Shown: piece by piece, positions 1-8,589 of the stretch
Numbering within the stretch: the stretch's first letter is position 1
Layout: every line of letters begins with the position of its first letter
NCBI GenBank assembly: GCA_964576115.1
Contig: CAZNUA010000035.1
Coordinates: 1-37,658, forward strand
Length of the DNA stretch: 37,658 bases
Reading direction: 5' to 3'
Source of the DNA: an uncultured Gemmatimonadota bacterium
Lineage (GTDB): Bacteria > Blakebacterota > Blakebacteria > Blakebacterales > Blakebacteraceae
The notes under the pieces: generated by a model
Databases searched by the model: none
Told to the model about the DNA's origin: nothing
What the model saw: the letters and a program-made list of their open reading frames with translations, nothing else
Made by a program: the position numbers and the translations under genes

Positions 1-90
1 GATTAATTCTACCTCGTATGTAAGGGGTTTCGATGTACAGGCAGAGAGGAGGAATACAAGCCCACATGTCACAAAACGAGGTCGATACAT
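1..90 (-). CDS. N-terminal fragment of a lipoprotein (MYRPRFVTCGLVFLLSACTSKPLTYEVELI...), runs off the window; not in the ORF track
   Basis: ATG at 90 preceded by AGGGAGA; basic N-region, hydrophobic stretch and lipobox LSAC; frame open to position 1. Confidence 0.7.
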   Translation of the reverse strand, partial: MYRPRFVTCGLVFLLSACTSKPLTYEVELI

Positions 91-190
91 CTCATCTCCC
101 TGGTTACGGACAGACAGTATTCGGTCTTTGATTCAGTATATGAACGGATGAACGAACGATATGGTTATGTGATATCTGTGTGAATAAACA

Positions 191-1660
191 CTACTCTCGG
201 TATGCGGTCACTAGCGGCCAGTCGTCTGTGCGCAGGGGCGAAGCGGGCAGGCCGGCCGAGTTGGCCAGGTTCGGTTCGGCGTCATCGCGCCAGGCGTAGC
301 GTACCGCCACCGGATTGGGCACATCGTCTGATTGAACAACCACCGCATCACCCTCGATCCGCGCCTCGGCGGGTCGGAACTCCCGGTCGGATCCGGCGAT
401 CTCGAAGTGGCTCGGGGCCTCTCCATCGAGGGTGATGAGCCCCTCTGCGACATGGTCGAAGGATATCACGATGCGATCCCCCTCCACCCGGCTCGACGCA
501 TAGAGCGGCCCGCTGTATACGAGATCCTGACGGCCGTAGTCGTGGGCCAGGGCCCACAGCGCCAGCCGCCGGCCGACCTCGTGCTTGTTGCCGGGGTGGA
601 TGTTGGCCGGGTTGCCGATATCCATTGTGACCGCCATCCCGGTGCGGGGCAGAGCCAGGGCTCCGACCTGGGCCTCGCGCAGTTCGGCGCAGTTGCGGGG
701 ATCCTGGCCGCCGTAGCGGTAGGGAGCCAGCTGCACGAAGTAGAAGGGGAAGTCCCCCTGCCCCCAGGTCCGCCTCCAGTCGCGGATCAGGGCGGGGAAG
801 AGATCGGCGTACTGGGCTGCCCGCGGCAGGTTGGCCTCGCCCTGGTACCAGATGGCGCCCGCGATCCGGTACGGCACCAGGGGCAGGAGCATGGCGTTGT
901 AGAGATGAGCGCCCCGGTTCTGGGCCCGCAGCTCGGGGTTGTCGCGGTCTCCCACGATCTGGGCATACAGGGGATCGCTCTCGAGGGTCTGGAGCGAGGT
1001 CCAGGCTTCAGCCGGGGTGCCCCCCCACGAGGTGTGGAGCATGCCCACCGGCACCCCCAGGGCGGCCCGCAGCTCCCTGGCGAAATGATACCCTACGGCC
1101 GAGAAGGCGAGGACGTTCTCCGGGGTGCAGACCCGCCAGGCTCCCTCGCAGTCTTCGAGCGGTTCTGGGCTGGTGAGCTGCGGCACGGTGAACATGCGCA
1201 GTAGCGCATCGTCGGCTCGAGCCGCATGCGAGTCGGGATCGCTGGCCCGGCTGACCGGCCACCACATGTTCGACTGGCCCGAGCAGACCCAGACCTCGCC
1301 GATGAGAACGTCGTCTACCGTGATCGTGTTCGTGTTCGGCCCGGTCACGGTCAAACGCAGCGGTTCGGCCGCGGCCGCGAAGGCGGGCAAGCTGACTTCC
1401 CAGCGGCCGTCACGCCCCGCCCGGTCGCTCCGACGCACGCCGTCCAGTGCCACCGTGACACGCTGCCCCGGACCGGCCCAGCCCCAGACCGGAAGCTTCT
1501 GGCCCTGCTGCAGGACCATGTGCTGGCTGAAGACCGCCGGCAGGCGGACCGGTTCATCACTCTGCGTTCGGCCGCACGCCCCCAGCCCACCGGCCAGAAG
1601 AACAGCTCCGGCGAGGACGATGGCCCGACGGCTGGCGGGACGTTGCTGGTGACAGTTCAT
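191..1660 (-). CDS. Sialate O-acetylesterase family (SGNH) lipoprotein
   Basis: Motifs FSQHMVLQQ, GEVWVCSGQSNM, WGGTPAEAW, WYQGEAN, DIG...IHP; lipobox LGAC; RBS GAAGGAAGGGA. Confidence 0.93.
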   Translation of the reverse strand: MNCHQQRPASRRAIVLAGAVLLAGGLGACGRTQSDEPVRLPAVFSQHMVLQQGQKLPVWGWAGPGQRVTVALDGVRRSDRAGRDGRWEVSLPAFAAAAEPLRLTVTGPNTNTITVDDVLIGEVWVCSGQSNMWWPVSRASDPDSHAARADDALLRMFTVPQLTSPEPLEDCEGAWRVCTPENVLAFSAVGYHFARELRAALGVPVGMLHTSWGGTPAEAWTSLQTLESDPLYAQIVGDRDNPELRAQNRGAHLYNAMLLPLVPYRIAGAIWYQGEANLPRAAQYADLFPALIRDWRRTWGQGDFPFYFVQLAPYRYGGQDPRNCAELREAQVGALALPRTGMAVTMDIGNPANIHPGNKHEVGRRLALWALAHDYGRQDLVYSGPLYASSRVEGDRIVISFDHVAEGLITLDGEAPSHFEIAGSDREFRPAEARIEGDAVVVQSDDVPNPVAVRYAWRDDAEPNLANSAGLPASPLRTDDWPLVTAYRE

Positions 1661-1693
1661 GACGCGTTCCCTTCCTTCAGCGTCCCGAGTTCA

Positions 1694-1707
1694 GCGCCCC
1701 GGATTCA
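1694..1707. repeat. 14-bp direct repeat GCGCCCCGGATTCA, left copy
   Basis: Identical to 2423-2436; the two copies flank the small ORF/nucleotidyltransferase pair. Confidence 0.85.
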
Positions 1708-1723
1708 AAAGCGACCGAGAGAT

Positions 1724-2161
1724 TCAGTCCAGATTCTCGAGATCGGCGAGGTCCTGATGGCGACCGGTAGCCTGCTTGTTCTTCTTCAAGGACTCCAGGT
1801 CGATAAACGGTGTTGTAACGCCTTCGATAGCTGTCTCTACCCGGGAAGCATGGCATTCCTCGAATACCACACCTTCCATGGAGGTGATCAGATCGATTCG
1901 AACGGGTGGATATCCCAGCTGGATGACCCGGTCTGGTTCACAAAGATCGCCGGCTTCCAGGTCCAGGTCCCCGAATCCGAATCGATGAATAGCCTGGATG
2001 ATACGGTCGGCGTTCTCCGGGCTCATTTCGATCCAGATATCCAGATCCTTCGTATAGCGGGGGTAACCGTGATACGCGACGGCGTATCCCCCAACGACGA
2101 GGTACTTCACCTCGCTATCGTTCAGTGACTGCAAGAACTCTTTGAAATCGGGGTTCAGCAT
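1724..2161 (-). CDS. Nucleotidyltransferase, DUF6036/AbiEii-like family (start MLNPDFKEF)
   Basis: GGYAVAYHGYPRYTKDLDI Pol-beta-type G..DxD motif; C-terminal K.ATGR.QD..D signature; ATG at 2161 fits the family N-terminus better than the track's 2221. Confidence 0.85.
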   Translation of the reverse strand: MLNPDFKEFLQSLNDSEVKYLVVGGYAVAYHGYPRYTKDLDIWIEMSPENADRIIQAIHRFGFGDLDLEAGDLCEPDRVIQLGYPPVRIDLITSMEGVVFEECHASRVETAIEGVTTPFIDLESLKKNKQATGRHQDLADLENLD

Positions 2162-2300
2162 GATATTTCCAACGGTGGAATTCCTGCCGCAGTTCCTCCA
2201 CTGCTGCGAGACGCTCAGCATGCGGGCGAGTACGCCAGTATTCCGCCTCGGAGGGTTGTTCTTTCAGATGATACATGGTGCAGGATTTCTGAATAGCCAG
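2115..2300 (-). CDS. Small 61-aa partner of the nucleotidyltransferase, probable CTG start: (M)AIQKSCTMYHLKEQPSEAEYWRTRPHAERLAAVEELRQEFHRWKYHAEPRFQRVLAVTER
   Basis: Perfect SD AGGAGGT 6 nt before CTG (2298-2300); TAG at 2115-2117; the YW..R....RL.AVE.LR and FQRV patterns resemble small proteins found upstream of DUF6036 NTases; 47-nt overlap with the NTase. Confidence 0.75.
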   Translation of the reverse strand: MAIQKSCTMYHLKEQPSEAEYWRTRPHAERLAAVEELRQEFHRWKYHAEPRFQRVLAVTER

Positions 2301-2422
2301 CGACGCACCTCCTGGTGGCGTGTTCTGTTCACCTCGTTTGTAATATACAACCGGTCAGGACCCGAATCGTTCTGAAAAGCCTGTACGACACCACTGGCAG
2401 GAGCATGGCGCTGTAGAGGTAG

Positions 2423-2436
2423 GCGCCCCGGATTCA
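2423..2436. repeat. 14-bp direct repeat GCGCCCCGGATTCA, right copy; includes the GH92 stop codon
   Basis: Identical to 1694-1707. Confidence 0.85.
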
Positions 2437-5373
2437 GCGGATGATGATCTCGTCGGCGAAGATCCAGGCCCGGCCTCCTGCCCCCTTGTGCCACCCGGGA
2501 CACTCGCCGCGGTTACGCGCCCGGACCCGCACGTAGCGGGCCCGCCAGGTACCGGCCGGCAGGGTGAAGTCGCGCCGGATGGTGCCCCACTCATCTTCGG
2601 GCACCTCGTTCTCGACCGTCCCGGTGACAGTGAAGGTCTCACCGTTGGTCGAGAGGGCGAACTCGACCTCGAGCGGCATCCAGATCCAGGAGTTCACGTC
2701 CTGCAGAAAGCCGGCCCCCAGTTCGCGGATGGTCCGGACCCGTCCCAGGTCCACCACCGCCTCCAGATCGATCCCCTCATACCCCTGCCAGAGGCCGGTA
2801 TGGAAGTCGGCCGGACCCCGCAACTGATCGATCAGGGCCAGGTCGCCCCCGGCGGCGTACTGATTGGCATACCGGCTGTGCAGGTCGATGCTCCACCCTT
2901 CGGGCAGAGCATAAAAACGGGCCGTGACGACCTGACTCGGGGGCGCTCCGGTCCGCAAGGCCCGGGCCCGCAGGGTCGTGTTCCGTGTGATCGTGAAAGG
3001 CGCGGTGTAGAGGCGCGAGGCGGCGTTCGGCTCGCTGCCGTCGAGGGTGTAGCGGATCTCGCCGTCGGCGATCGGCAGGCCCAGCGCCACCTCGGTCGAA
3101 CCGGAAAAAGAGCGGTCGCCCGAAGTCAGGAAGGGAACCGGGGTGATGGGATGGTCGGTGACCGCCGAATGCGGCCGGTGCCCGGGGGCCCTGCCCCATT
3201 CCGGGTCGGGTTCAGCCCCCATGAGGAACTCGATCTCCCCGCCGGCGACGATCGCGTCGTGACCGATCCAGGAGAAGGGATGTTCCACCCCGTTCAGAAA
3301 GGCTCCCAGTACGCAGGGGCGCTCAGCCGAGGCGCCCCGGGCCCGGATGGTGAACTGCCGTCCGTTCTCGAAGTGGATCACGGCTTCGGGAAACAGGGGT
3401 GAGCCGATGACGTACTCGGGCCGCCCCGGACAGACGGGGTAGAAACCGAGGGCGCTCAGCACGTACCAGGCCGACATCTGCCCGCAGTCCTCATTGCCCG
3501 ACAGCCCGTCGGGGGTGTCGGAGTAGAGGGTGTCCATGATCTGGCGCACCCGCCGGGCGGACTTGTGCGGGGCGCCGACATAGTTGAAGAGGTAGGCCAT
3601 GTGGTGGCTGGGCTCGTTGCCGTGGGCGTACTGGCCGATCAGACCGGTGATATCGGCCTGCCGGCGCCCGGTTGTGCGGGGATCGGCCGCGAAGAGAGAA
3701 TCGAGCCGGGCTTCGTACGCCGCCTCGCCGCCCACCAGGGCGATGTGCCCGGCGATGTCGTGCGGCACGAAGAAGCTGTACTGCCACGAGTTGGCCTCGG
3801 TGAAGTGGATCGTGACTTCCTGCGGTTTGAAGGGCTCGACCCACCGGCCGTTCAGTTTGCCGCGCATGAAACCGGTCTGCGGATCGAAGACGTTCTTCCA
3901 GTACTGCGAGCGCCGGATGTAGCGCCGGTAGATGTCATCTCGGCCCATCTCCCGGGCCACCTCAGAGATGCACCAGTCGTCATAGGCGTACTCAAGGGTC
4001 TTGGCGACCGACTCCCCCTCGATCTCGCTGGGGATGTAGCCGTGCTCGCGGTAGGCGTCGAGCCCCTCGACATCCGACTCCCCGCTGGTGACCATGGCCT
4101 CGAGCGCCAGGCGGCCGTCGTAGTCGCGCTGGCCTTTCACCCAGGCGTCGGCGATGACCGGCACGGCGTGGTAGCCGATCATGGTGCCCGTCTCGTTGCC
4201 GGCCAGTTCCCACACCGGGAGCAGTCCCCCCTGCTCGTACTGGACCAGGAAGGTGCGGATGAAATCGCGGGTGCGCCGCTGCTGGATCAGGGTGAAGAGT
4301 GGATGGGCGGCCCGGAAGGTATCCCAGAGGCTGAAAACGGTGTGGTTGTCGAAATCGTCGGCGGTGTGCACCTGCATATCCCGGCCGCGGTAGCGGCCGT
4401 CGACGTCCTGGTACAGATCGGGGCTGAGCAGGGCGTGATATAGCGCGGTATAGAAAGTGCGCTGTTGTGCCCGGCTGCCGCCCCTGACTTCAATGGCGGA
4501 GAGTTCGTCGTTCCAGACACTGTCGGCTGCTGTGCGTACCCGGCTGAAGTTGAACCCCGGCTGTTCGGCCTCCAGATTGCGACGGGCTCCGTCGATGTCC
4601 ACCGCCGAGAGCCCTACCTTGACGAGCAGGGGTTCGGGATCCTGGTTCGAAAAGGTGAAGAACGCCTTGACCCGGTTGCCGCGGATCTCGTCCCGATCGG
4701 GCTGGACGACACCGTCCAGAGCGAGCCCGGCCTCAGCGAAGGGACGGGAAAAGCGGATCACGAAGTAGACATGCTGCTCGCGGGCCCACATGGTCGAGAG
4801 ACGGTGACCGGCGATCTCGGTCCCGCTCACGATCTCGATTCCCGCCGAAAGGACCGTATCGCGGTGTTCGAGGTCGAGGATGACATTGGCCTGCCCGGTA
4901 CGCGGGAAGGTGTAGCGGTGCAGACCGGTGCGCAGGGTGGCGGTCAGTTCGACCTCGACCCCGGGCTCGTCCAGGTACACCCGGTAGTAGCCGGGTTCGG
5001 CTGCCTCGCGGTCGTGCCGGAAGGGTGAGGAATACCCCGCTCCGCCGTCGGCGCCGTTGTCGAGCACCACCTCTCCCACGGTCGGCACCAGCAGCACGTC
5101 GCCGTAATCCGACGCCCCGGTTCCGCTCAGGTGGGTGTGACTGAAGCCGTAGATGACCTCGTCGGAGTAGTGATACCCCGAACAGCCGTCCCAGCCGGTC
5201 AGCCTGGTGTCGGGGCTCAGTTGCACCATCCCGAAGGGCAGGGTCGCACCCGGGTAGGTGTGGCCGTGTCCGCCGGTACCGATGAAGGGATCGACCAGGT
5301 CGGTGTAATCTCCCGGCCCGGCCGTACAGGCCGCCAGGAGCAGGATGGCACAGAGGGGCAGGAACTGCCGCAT
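2434..5373 (-). CDS. GH92 alpha-1,2-mannosidase-like lipoprotein with C-terminal Fn3/CHB_HEX-like and F5/8-type domains
   Basis: VDPFIGTGGHGHTYPGAT.PFGMVQLSPDT, FSLWDTFR, FTEANSWQY, HGNEPSHH, GNEDCGQMSAW; YTLDGSEP; start MRQFLP at 5373 with RBS AGGGGAGA; lipobox LAAC. Confidence 0.95.
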   Translation of the reverse strand: MRQFLPLCAILLLAACTAGPGDYTDLVDPFIGTGGHGHTYPGATLPFGMVQLSPDTRLTGWDGCSGYHYSDEVIYGFSHTHLSGTGASDYGDVLLVPTVGEVVLDNGADGGAGYSSPFRHDREAAEPGYYRVYLDEPGVEVELTATLRTGLHRYTFPRTGQANVILDLEHRDTVLSAGIEIVSGTEIAGHRLSTMWAREQHVYFVIRFSRPFAEAGLALDGVVQPDRDEIRGNRVKAFFTFSNQDPEPLLVKVGLSAVDIDGARRNLEAEQPGFNFSRVRTAADSVWNDELSAIEVRGGSRAQQRTFYTALYHALLSPDLYQDVDGRYRGRDMQVHTADDFDNHTVFSLWDTFRAAHPLFTLIQQRRTRDFIRTFLVQYEQGGLLPVWELAGNETGTMIGYHAVPVIADAWVKGQRDYDGRLALEAMVTSGESDVEGLDAYREHGYIPSEIEGESVAKTLEYAYDDWCISEVAREMGRDDIYRRYIRRSQYWKNVFDPQTGFMRGKLNGRWVEPFKPQEVTIHFTEANSWQYSFFVPHDIAGHIALVGGEAAYEARLDSLFAADPRTTGRRQADITGLIGQYAHGNEPSHHMAYLFNYVGAPHKSARRVRQIMDTLYSDTPDGLSGNEDCGQMSAWYVLSALGFYPVCPGRPEYVIGSPLFPEAVIHFENGRQFTIRARGASAERPCVLGAFLNGVEHPFSWIGHDAIVAGGEIEFLMGAEPDPEWGRAPGHRPHSAVTDHPITPVPFLTSGDRSFSGSTEVALGLPIADGEIRYTLDGSEPNAASRLYTAPFTITRNTTLRARALRTGAPPSQVVTARFYALPEGWSIDLHSRYANQYAAGGDLALIDQLRGPADFHTGLWQGYEGIDLEAVVDLGRVRTIRELGAGFLQDVNSWIWMPLEVEFALSTNGETFTVTGTVENEVPEDEWGTIRRDFTLPAGTWRARYVRVRARNRGECPGWHKGAGGRAWIFADEIIIR

Positions 5374-5522
5374 CAGCTTCTCCCCTGAAGAAGTGAATCC
5401 AGAGTCAGCACACAAGATAGCACCCGGCCTGTCAACAGAGGAGTCCCTGGCCCCGTTGAGCCTGGCGAGTGCCTGCATCACCAACCGGGGAGCCTCCCGC
5501 CCCGGTGGCGGAGGAGAGATCG

Positions 5523-6620
5523 ATGATGTTTCTGAATCCTGTCCGGGGTCAGGGTGTGTCCCGGTACGTCCCCATTCTCGTTCTGACACTGCTCGCATCA
5601 GTCTCCTGTTCTGATGGATCCGGCGGACCTGGTAACGGCGGCTCAGCGGTCCGTGGTCCCTGGCTGGGACAGACTCCGCCGGGCGACGAGCCGGTTCTCT
5701 TCGCTCCGGGGATCGTCTCGACCCACCTCTTCAACCGCGATCTGGTCATGACCCGTGACGGCCATGAGATCTGGTTCGGTTTCGGAGCCGGAGGCACCCT
5801 GGGCCTGGCGATGACACGGATCGAAGACGGCCGGTGGACCGTGCCTGAAATTGCGCCCTTCAGCACCTTTCCCCGCTACGCCGATTTCGAGCCGGCCCTC
5901 TCGCCCGACGGCGACCGGATCTACTTTCTCTCCAACCGACCGCCCCCCGGCCGTGAAGAGGAGTTCCGTCCCGGCACCTGGGGCTTTCAGCACATCTGGT
6001 ACTCGGACCGCACCGTCGAGGGGTGGAGCGAACCGCAACTGCTGCCCCCACCGGTCACGACCGACGATTTCCAGTACTATCCCAGCCTGACCCGTGAGGG
6101 CGTGCTCTACTACACCAGCTCACTGCCGGGAGGCAAACCGACCACCATGCGGGCCGAACCGGCGGGAGATTTCTTCGCCGAACCCGTGGCCCTCGACGCC
6201 GACTGGAACCGCGAGGGTTCGCCCTACAACTGCTTCATCGATCCCGAGGAGCGGTTCATCCTCATCTGCCTGGCATGGGAGGGCTCGATCGGAGCCGTCG
6301 ATTACTGGATCAGTTTCCGGGGAGAGGACAACACCTGGAGCGAGCCGGTCAACCCGGGCGAGAAGGTGAACTGGCCGGGCGGACAGGCCAGTTCGGCCTC
6401 TCTTTCACCCGACGGCCGCTACCTCTTCTTCGCTGCGACCCGGGTTGCGCTCGAGCAGATGATGAGCGGGCCGCGGGCGACGTACGATGAGATCATGACC
6501 TGCGCCCGCACTCCTGAAAACGGCAACCCGAGCATCTACTGGATGGACGCCGGATTCATCGATGAGCTGCGCCCGGCCGGTTTCGAGGCAGTGTCGGACG
6601 AGGAAGGAGGGCACCGATGA
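5523..6620 (+). CDS. PD40/TolB-like beta-propeller lipoprotein
   Basis: GPWLGQTPPG.EP.LFAPGIVST N-motif, PALSPDG/LSPDGRYLFF repeats; RBS GGAGGAG before ATG 5523; lipobox VSC. Confidence 0.85.
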   Translation: MMFLNPVRGQGVSRYVPILVLTLLASVSCSDGSGGPGNGGSAVRGPWLGQTPPGDEPVLFAPGIVSTHLFNRDLVMTRDGHEIWFGFGAGGTLGLAMTRIEDGRWTVPEIAPFSTFPRYADFEPALSPDGDRIYFLSNRPPPGREEEFRPGTWGFQHIWYSDRTVEGWSEPQLLPPPVTTDDFQYYPSLTREGVLYYTSSLPGGKPTTMRAEPAGDFFAEPVALDADWNREGSPYNCFIDPEERFILICLAWEGSIGAVDYWISFRGEDNTWSEPVNPGEKVNWPGGQASSASLSPDGRYLFFAATRVALEQMMSGPRATYDEIMTCARTPENGNPSIYWMDAGFIDELRPAGFEAVSDEEGGHR

Positions 6621-7642
6621 GAATGCTGCGAATCGGCGCCACCTGCTTCGGCGCCCTGCTGCTGGCCGCCTGTGCCGGCGATGCTGACCGCTACCTGCCT
6701 GACTCCGGCCCGTATCTGGGCCAGACCCCGCCCGGGAGCGAACCGCAACTGTTCGCCCCCGGTATCGTCTCGACCATGTGCACCGACCGGGACGTGACCA
6801 TGGCCCCTGACGGCTCCGAGATCGTCTGGGCGGTCACCCTGCCCAGCCGGGGGGGTACCTTCATCATCCACTCCTTTCAGGTCGACGGGCGCTGGACAAG
6901 ACCCGCGACGGTCTCCTTCTCGGGCGATCCGCGCTATATCGACGCCGAGCCGCATCTGGCTCCCGACGGACGAAGGCTCTGGTTCGCCTCCGACCGCCCC
7001 GCCCCGGGCGAACCGGCCGAGCCCGGCGATTACGACCTCTGGTATGCCGAACGCACCGCGACCGGCTGGGGGGAGCCGGTCAATGCCGGTCCCCCGGTGA
7101 ACACCACCGACGAGGGCGAGTTCTACCCCACCCTGACCCGGACCGGGACCATCTACTTCACCCGCAGCACGACCGCTGAGCGCCAGAACCACATCTACCG
7201 CTCGCGCCGGGTGAACGGGACCTGGGCCGAGCCCGAACGCCTGCCGGCCGAGGTCAATCCCGGTCCGGCTCAGTACAACGCCTTTGTATCCCCGGACGAG
7301 AGCTTCATCATCGTGCCCACCGCGACCCTGCCCGATGCCGTGGGCGGGGCCGGGGGAACCGATTACTACATCAGCTTCCGATCTGCATCGGATGAGTGGA
7401 CCGGACCGATCCACATGGGGGAGCGGATCAATACCGCCGACGGCCGGGAGTGGGCGCCGTACGTGAGTCCCGACGGGGAGTACTTCTTCTTCATGACCCC
7501 GCGGCCGAGCCTGTTCGACACCGAAGGCGACGAGCCCCTGACCTACCGGCAGATTCTGGAACGCTCGCTCGGACCGGGCAACGGCGATCCCGACGTGTGG
7601 TGGATCTCGGCCGATTTCATAGAACGGCTGCGTCCGCGCTGA
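6617..7642 (+). CDS. PD40/TolB-like beta-propeller lipoprotein, paralog of the upstream gene
   Basis: Same GPYLGQTPPG..P.LFAPGIVST motif, APDG/SPDG repeats, lipobox LAAC; ATGA overlap and RBS AAGGAGG. Confidence 0.88.
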   Translation: MRMLRIGATCFGALLLAACAGDADRYLPDSGPYLGQTPPGSEPQLFAPGIVSTMCTDRDVTMAPDGSEIVWAVTLPSRGGTFIIHSFQVDGRWTRPATVSFSGDPRYIDAEPHLAPDGRRLWFASDRPAPGEPAEPGDYDLWYAERTATGWGEPVNAGPPVNTTDEGEFYPTLTRTGTIYFTRSTTAERQNHIYRSRRVNGTWAEPERLPAEVNPGPAQYNAFVSPDESFIIVPTATLPDAVGGAGGTDYYISFRSASDEWTGPIHMGERINTADGREWAPYVSPDGEYFFFMTPRPSLFDTEGDEPLTYRQILERSLGPGNGDPDVWWISADFIERLRPR

Positions 7643-7696
7643 AGAAGGTTGCGATTACCCGGCAGGGATCTGCGGCGCACGGGAAACACCGGCGGC

Positions 7697-7724
7697 TTGA
7701 CTTCGGCCCCGATAATGAGAGAAT
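7697..7724 (+). promoter_or_regulatory. Candidate sigma70 promoter for the HEPN-MNT pair
   Basis: TTGACT-N16-GAGAAT with TG one base before the -10 hexamer, just upstream of RBS AAGGAGGT. Confidence 0.4.
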
Positions 7725-7748
7725 GAGGAAGAACACAAGGAGGTGGTC

Positions 7749-8132
7749 ATGCCCAACCGGGCGGGTGACTGGTTCTCTCAGGCGGAGCGTGACCTGGAAC
7801 AGGCCGAGGCGTCCCGCGAAGACGACCGGCACGAATGGGCCTGCTTCGCTGCCCACCAGGCGGCCGAGAAGGCCTTGAAGGCTTTACACCTTTTCACGGG
7901 TCAGGAAGCCTGTGGTCACGTTGTGGCCCGGCTACTGAGCGAACTGCAGGTTCCGTATAATAAAGAGCTTGTGGACAAGGCCAGGGTACTCGACTCCTTT
8001 TACGTGCCGACGCGATATCCGAACGGTCATCCCGAAGGGGCTCCTTTCGAGCACTACGGCGAGCTCCAGAGTGGCGAGGCGATACGGTATGCCGGTGAGA
8101 TCATTGAATTCGTCCGTTCTGAAATGGCCTGA
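7749..8132 (+). CDS. HEPN domain protein (HEPN/MNT toxin-like)
   Basis: W...AERDL, WACFAAHQAAEKALKA, GH....L, YVPTRYPNGH (R-X4-H); RBS AAGGAGGT. Confidence 0.9.
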   Translation: MPNRAGDWFSQAERDLEQAEASREDDRHEWACFAAHQAAEKALKALHLFTGQEACGHVVARLLSELQVPYNKELVDKARVLDSFYVPTRYPNGHPEGAPFEHYGELQSGEAIRYAGEIIEFVRSEMA

Positions 8133-8457
8133 GAGAGAATTCGTTCTCCAGCATCTGGACCGCCTGGCATCAGAGGCACAGCAGCGGCATCCTCAGCTCA
8201 TCCGGCTGGGGTATTTCGGTTCATATGCCCGGGGGGACGCCGGCGTAGGCAGCGATCTCGATCTGGTGGCGATTGTCTCCGGGAGTGGCGCTCCCTTCGA
8301 GCGGCGCGCAGCTGACTGGGACCTTTCCGCACTGCCGGTTCCAGCTGAAATACTCGTCTACACCGAACAGGAGTGGCACGACCTGCTTGCCGGCGACACC
8401 CGGTTTGCCCGTACGATCGAGACAGAGACGGTCTGGTTATCACTCGAACGGGAGTAA
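8089..8457 (+). CDS. Minimal nucleotidyltransferase (MNT), antitoxin-like
   Basis: FGSYARGDAGVGSDLDL (GS-X10-DXD), LVYT..EW; start MPVRSLNSSVLKWP overlaps the HEPN 3' end by 44 nt. Confidence 0.9.
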   Translation: MPVRSLNSSVLKWPEREFVLQHLDRLASEAQQRHPQLIRLGYFGSYARGDAGVGSDLDLVAIVSGSGAPFERRAADWDLSALPVPAEILVYTEQEWHDLLAGDTRFARTIETETVWLSLERE

Positions 8458-8589
8458 CGTACCGGCCGCCAGAACGACATCCCGATCGAGCCGGAATTCC
8501 TTCCATGACAAGCTGGAGCAGCCCGGAGTCTCCACACCAAGCGGACGGGCTATGTAGAACCAGAAGGATGTGCTCTGAGACCGGGGAAT

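Noticed and set aside
5413-5435. Minus-strand TTGACA...TATCTT as the GH92 sigma70 promoter
   Set aside because: The spacer is only 10 nt; at most an extended -10 element.
5374-5598. Track N-terminal extensions of GH92 (to 5598), PD40 (5469), S9 (18550), PPIase (24244), MNT (7969) and Gfo/Idh/MocA (31680)
   Set aside because: Downstream starts have better SDs, signal peptides or ATGA coupling, and the extensions overlap neighbouring genes.
8458-8589. Possible attC site or direct repeat bounding the HEPN-MNT module
   Set aside because: No RYYYAAC/GTTRRRY pair and no convincing match to the 7643-7700 flank; only a weak hairpin.
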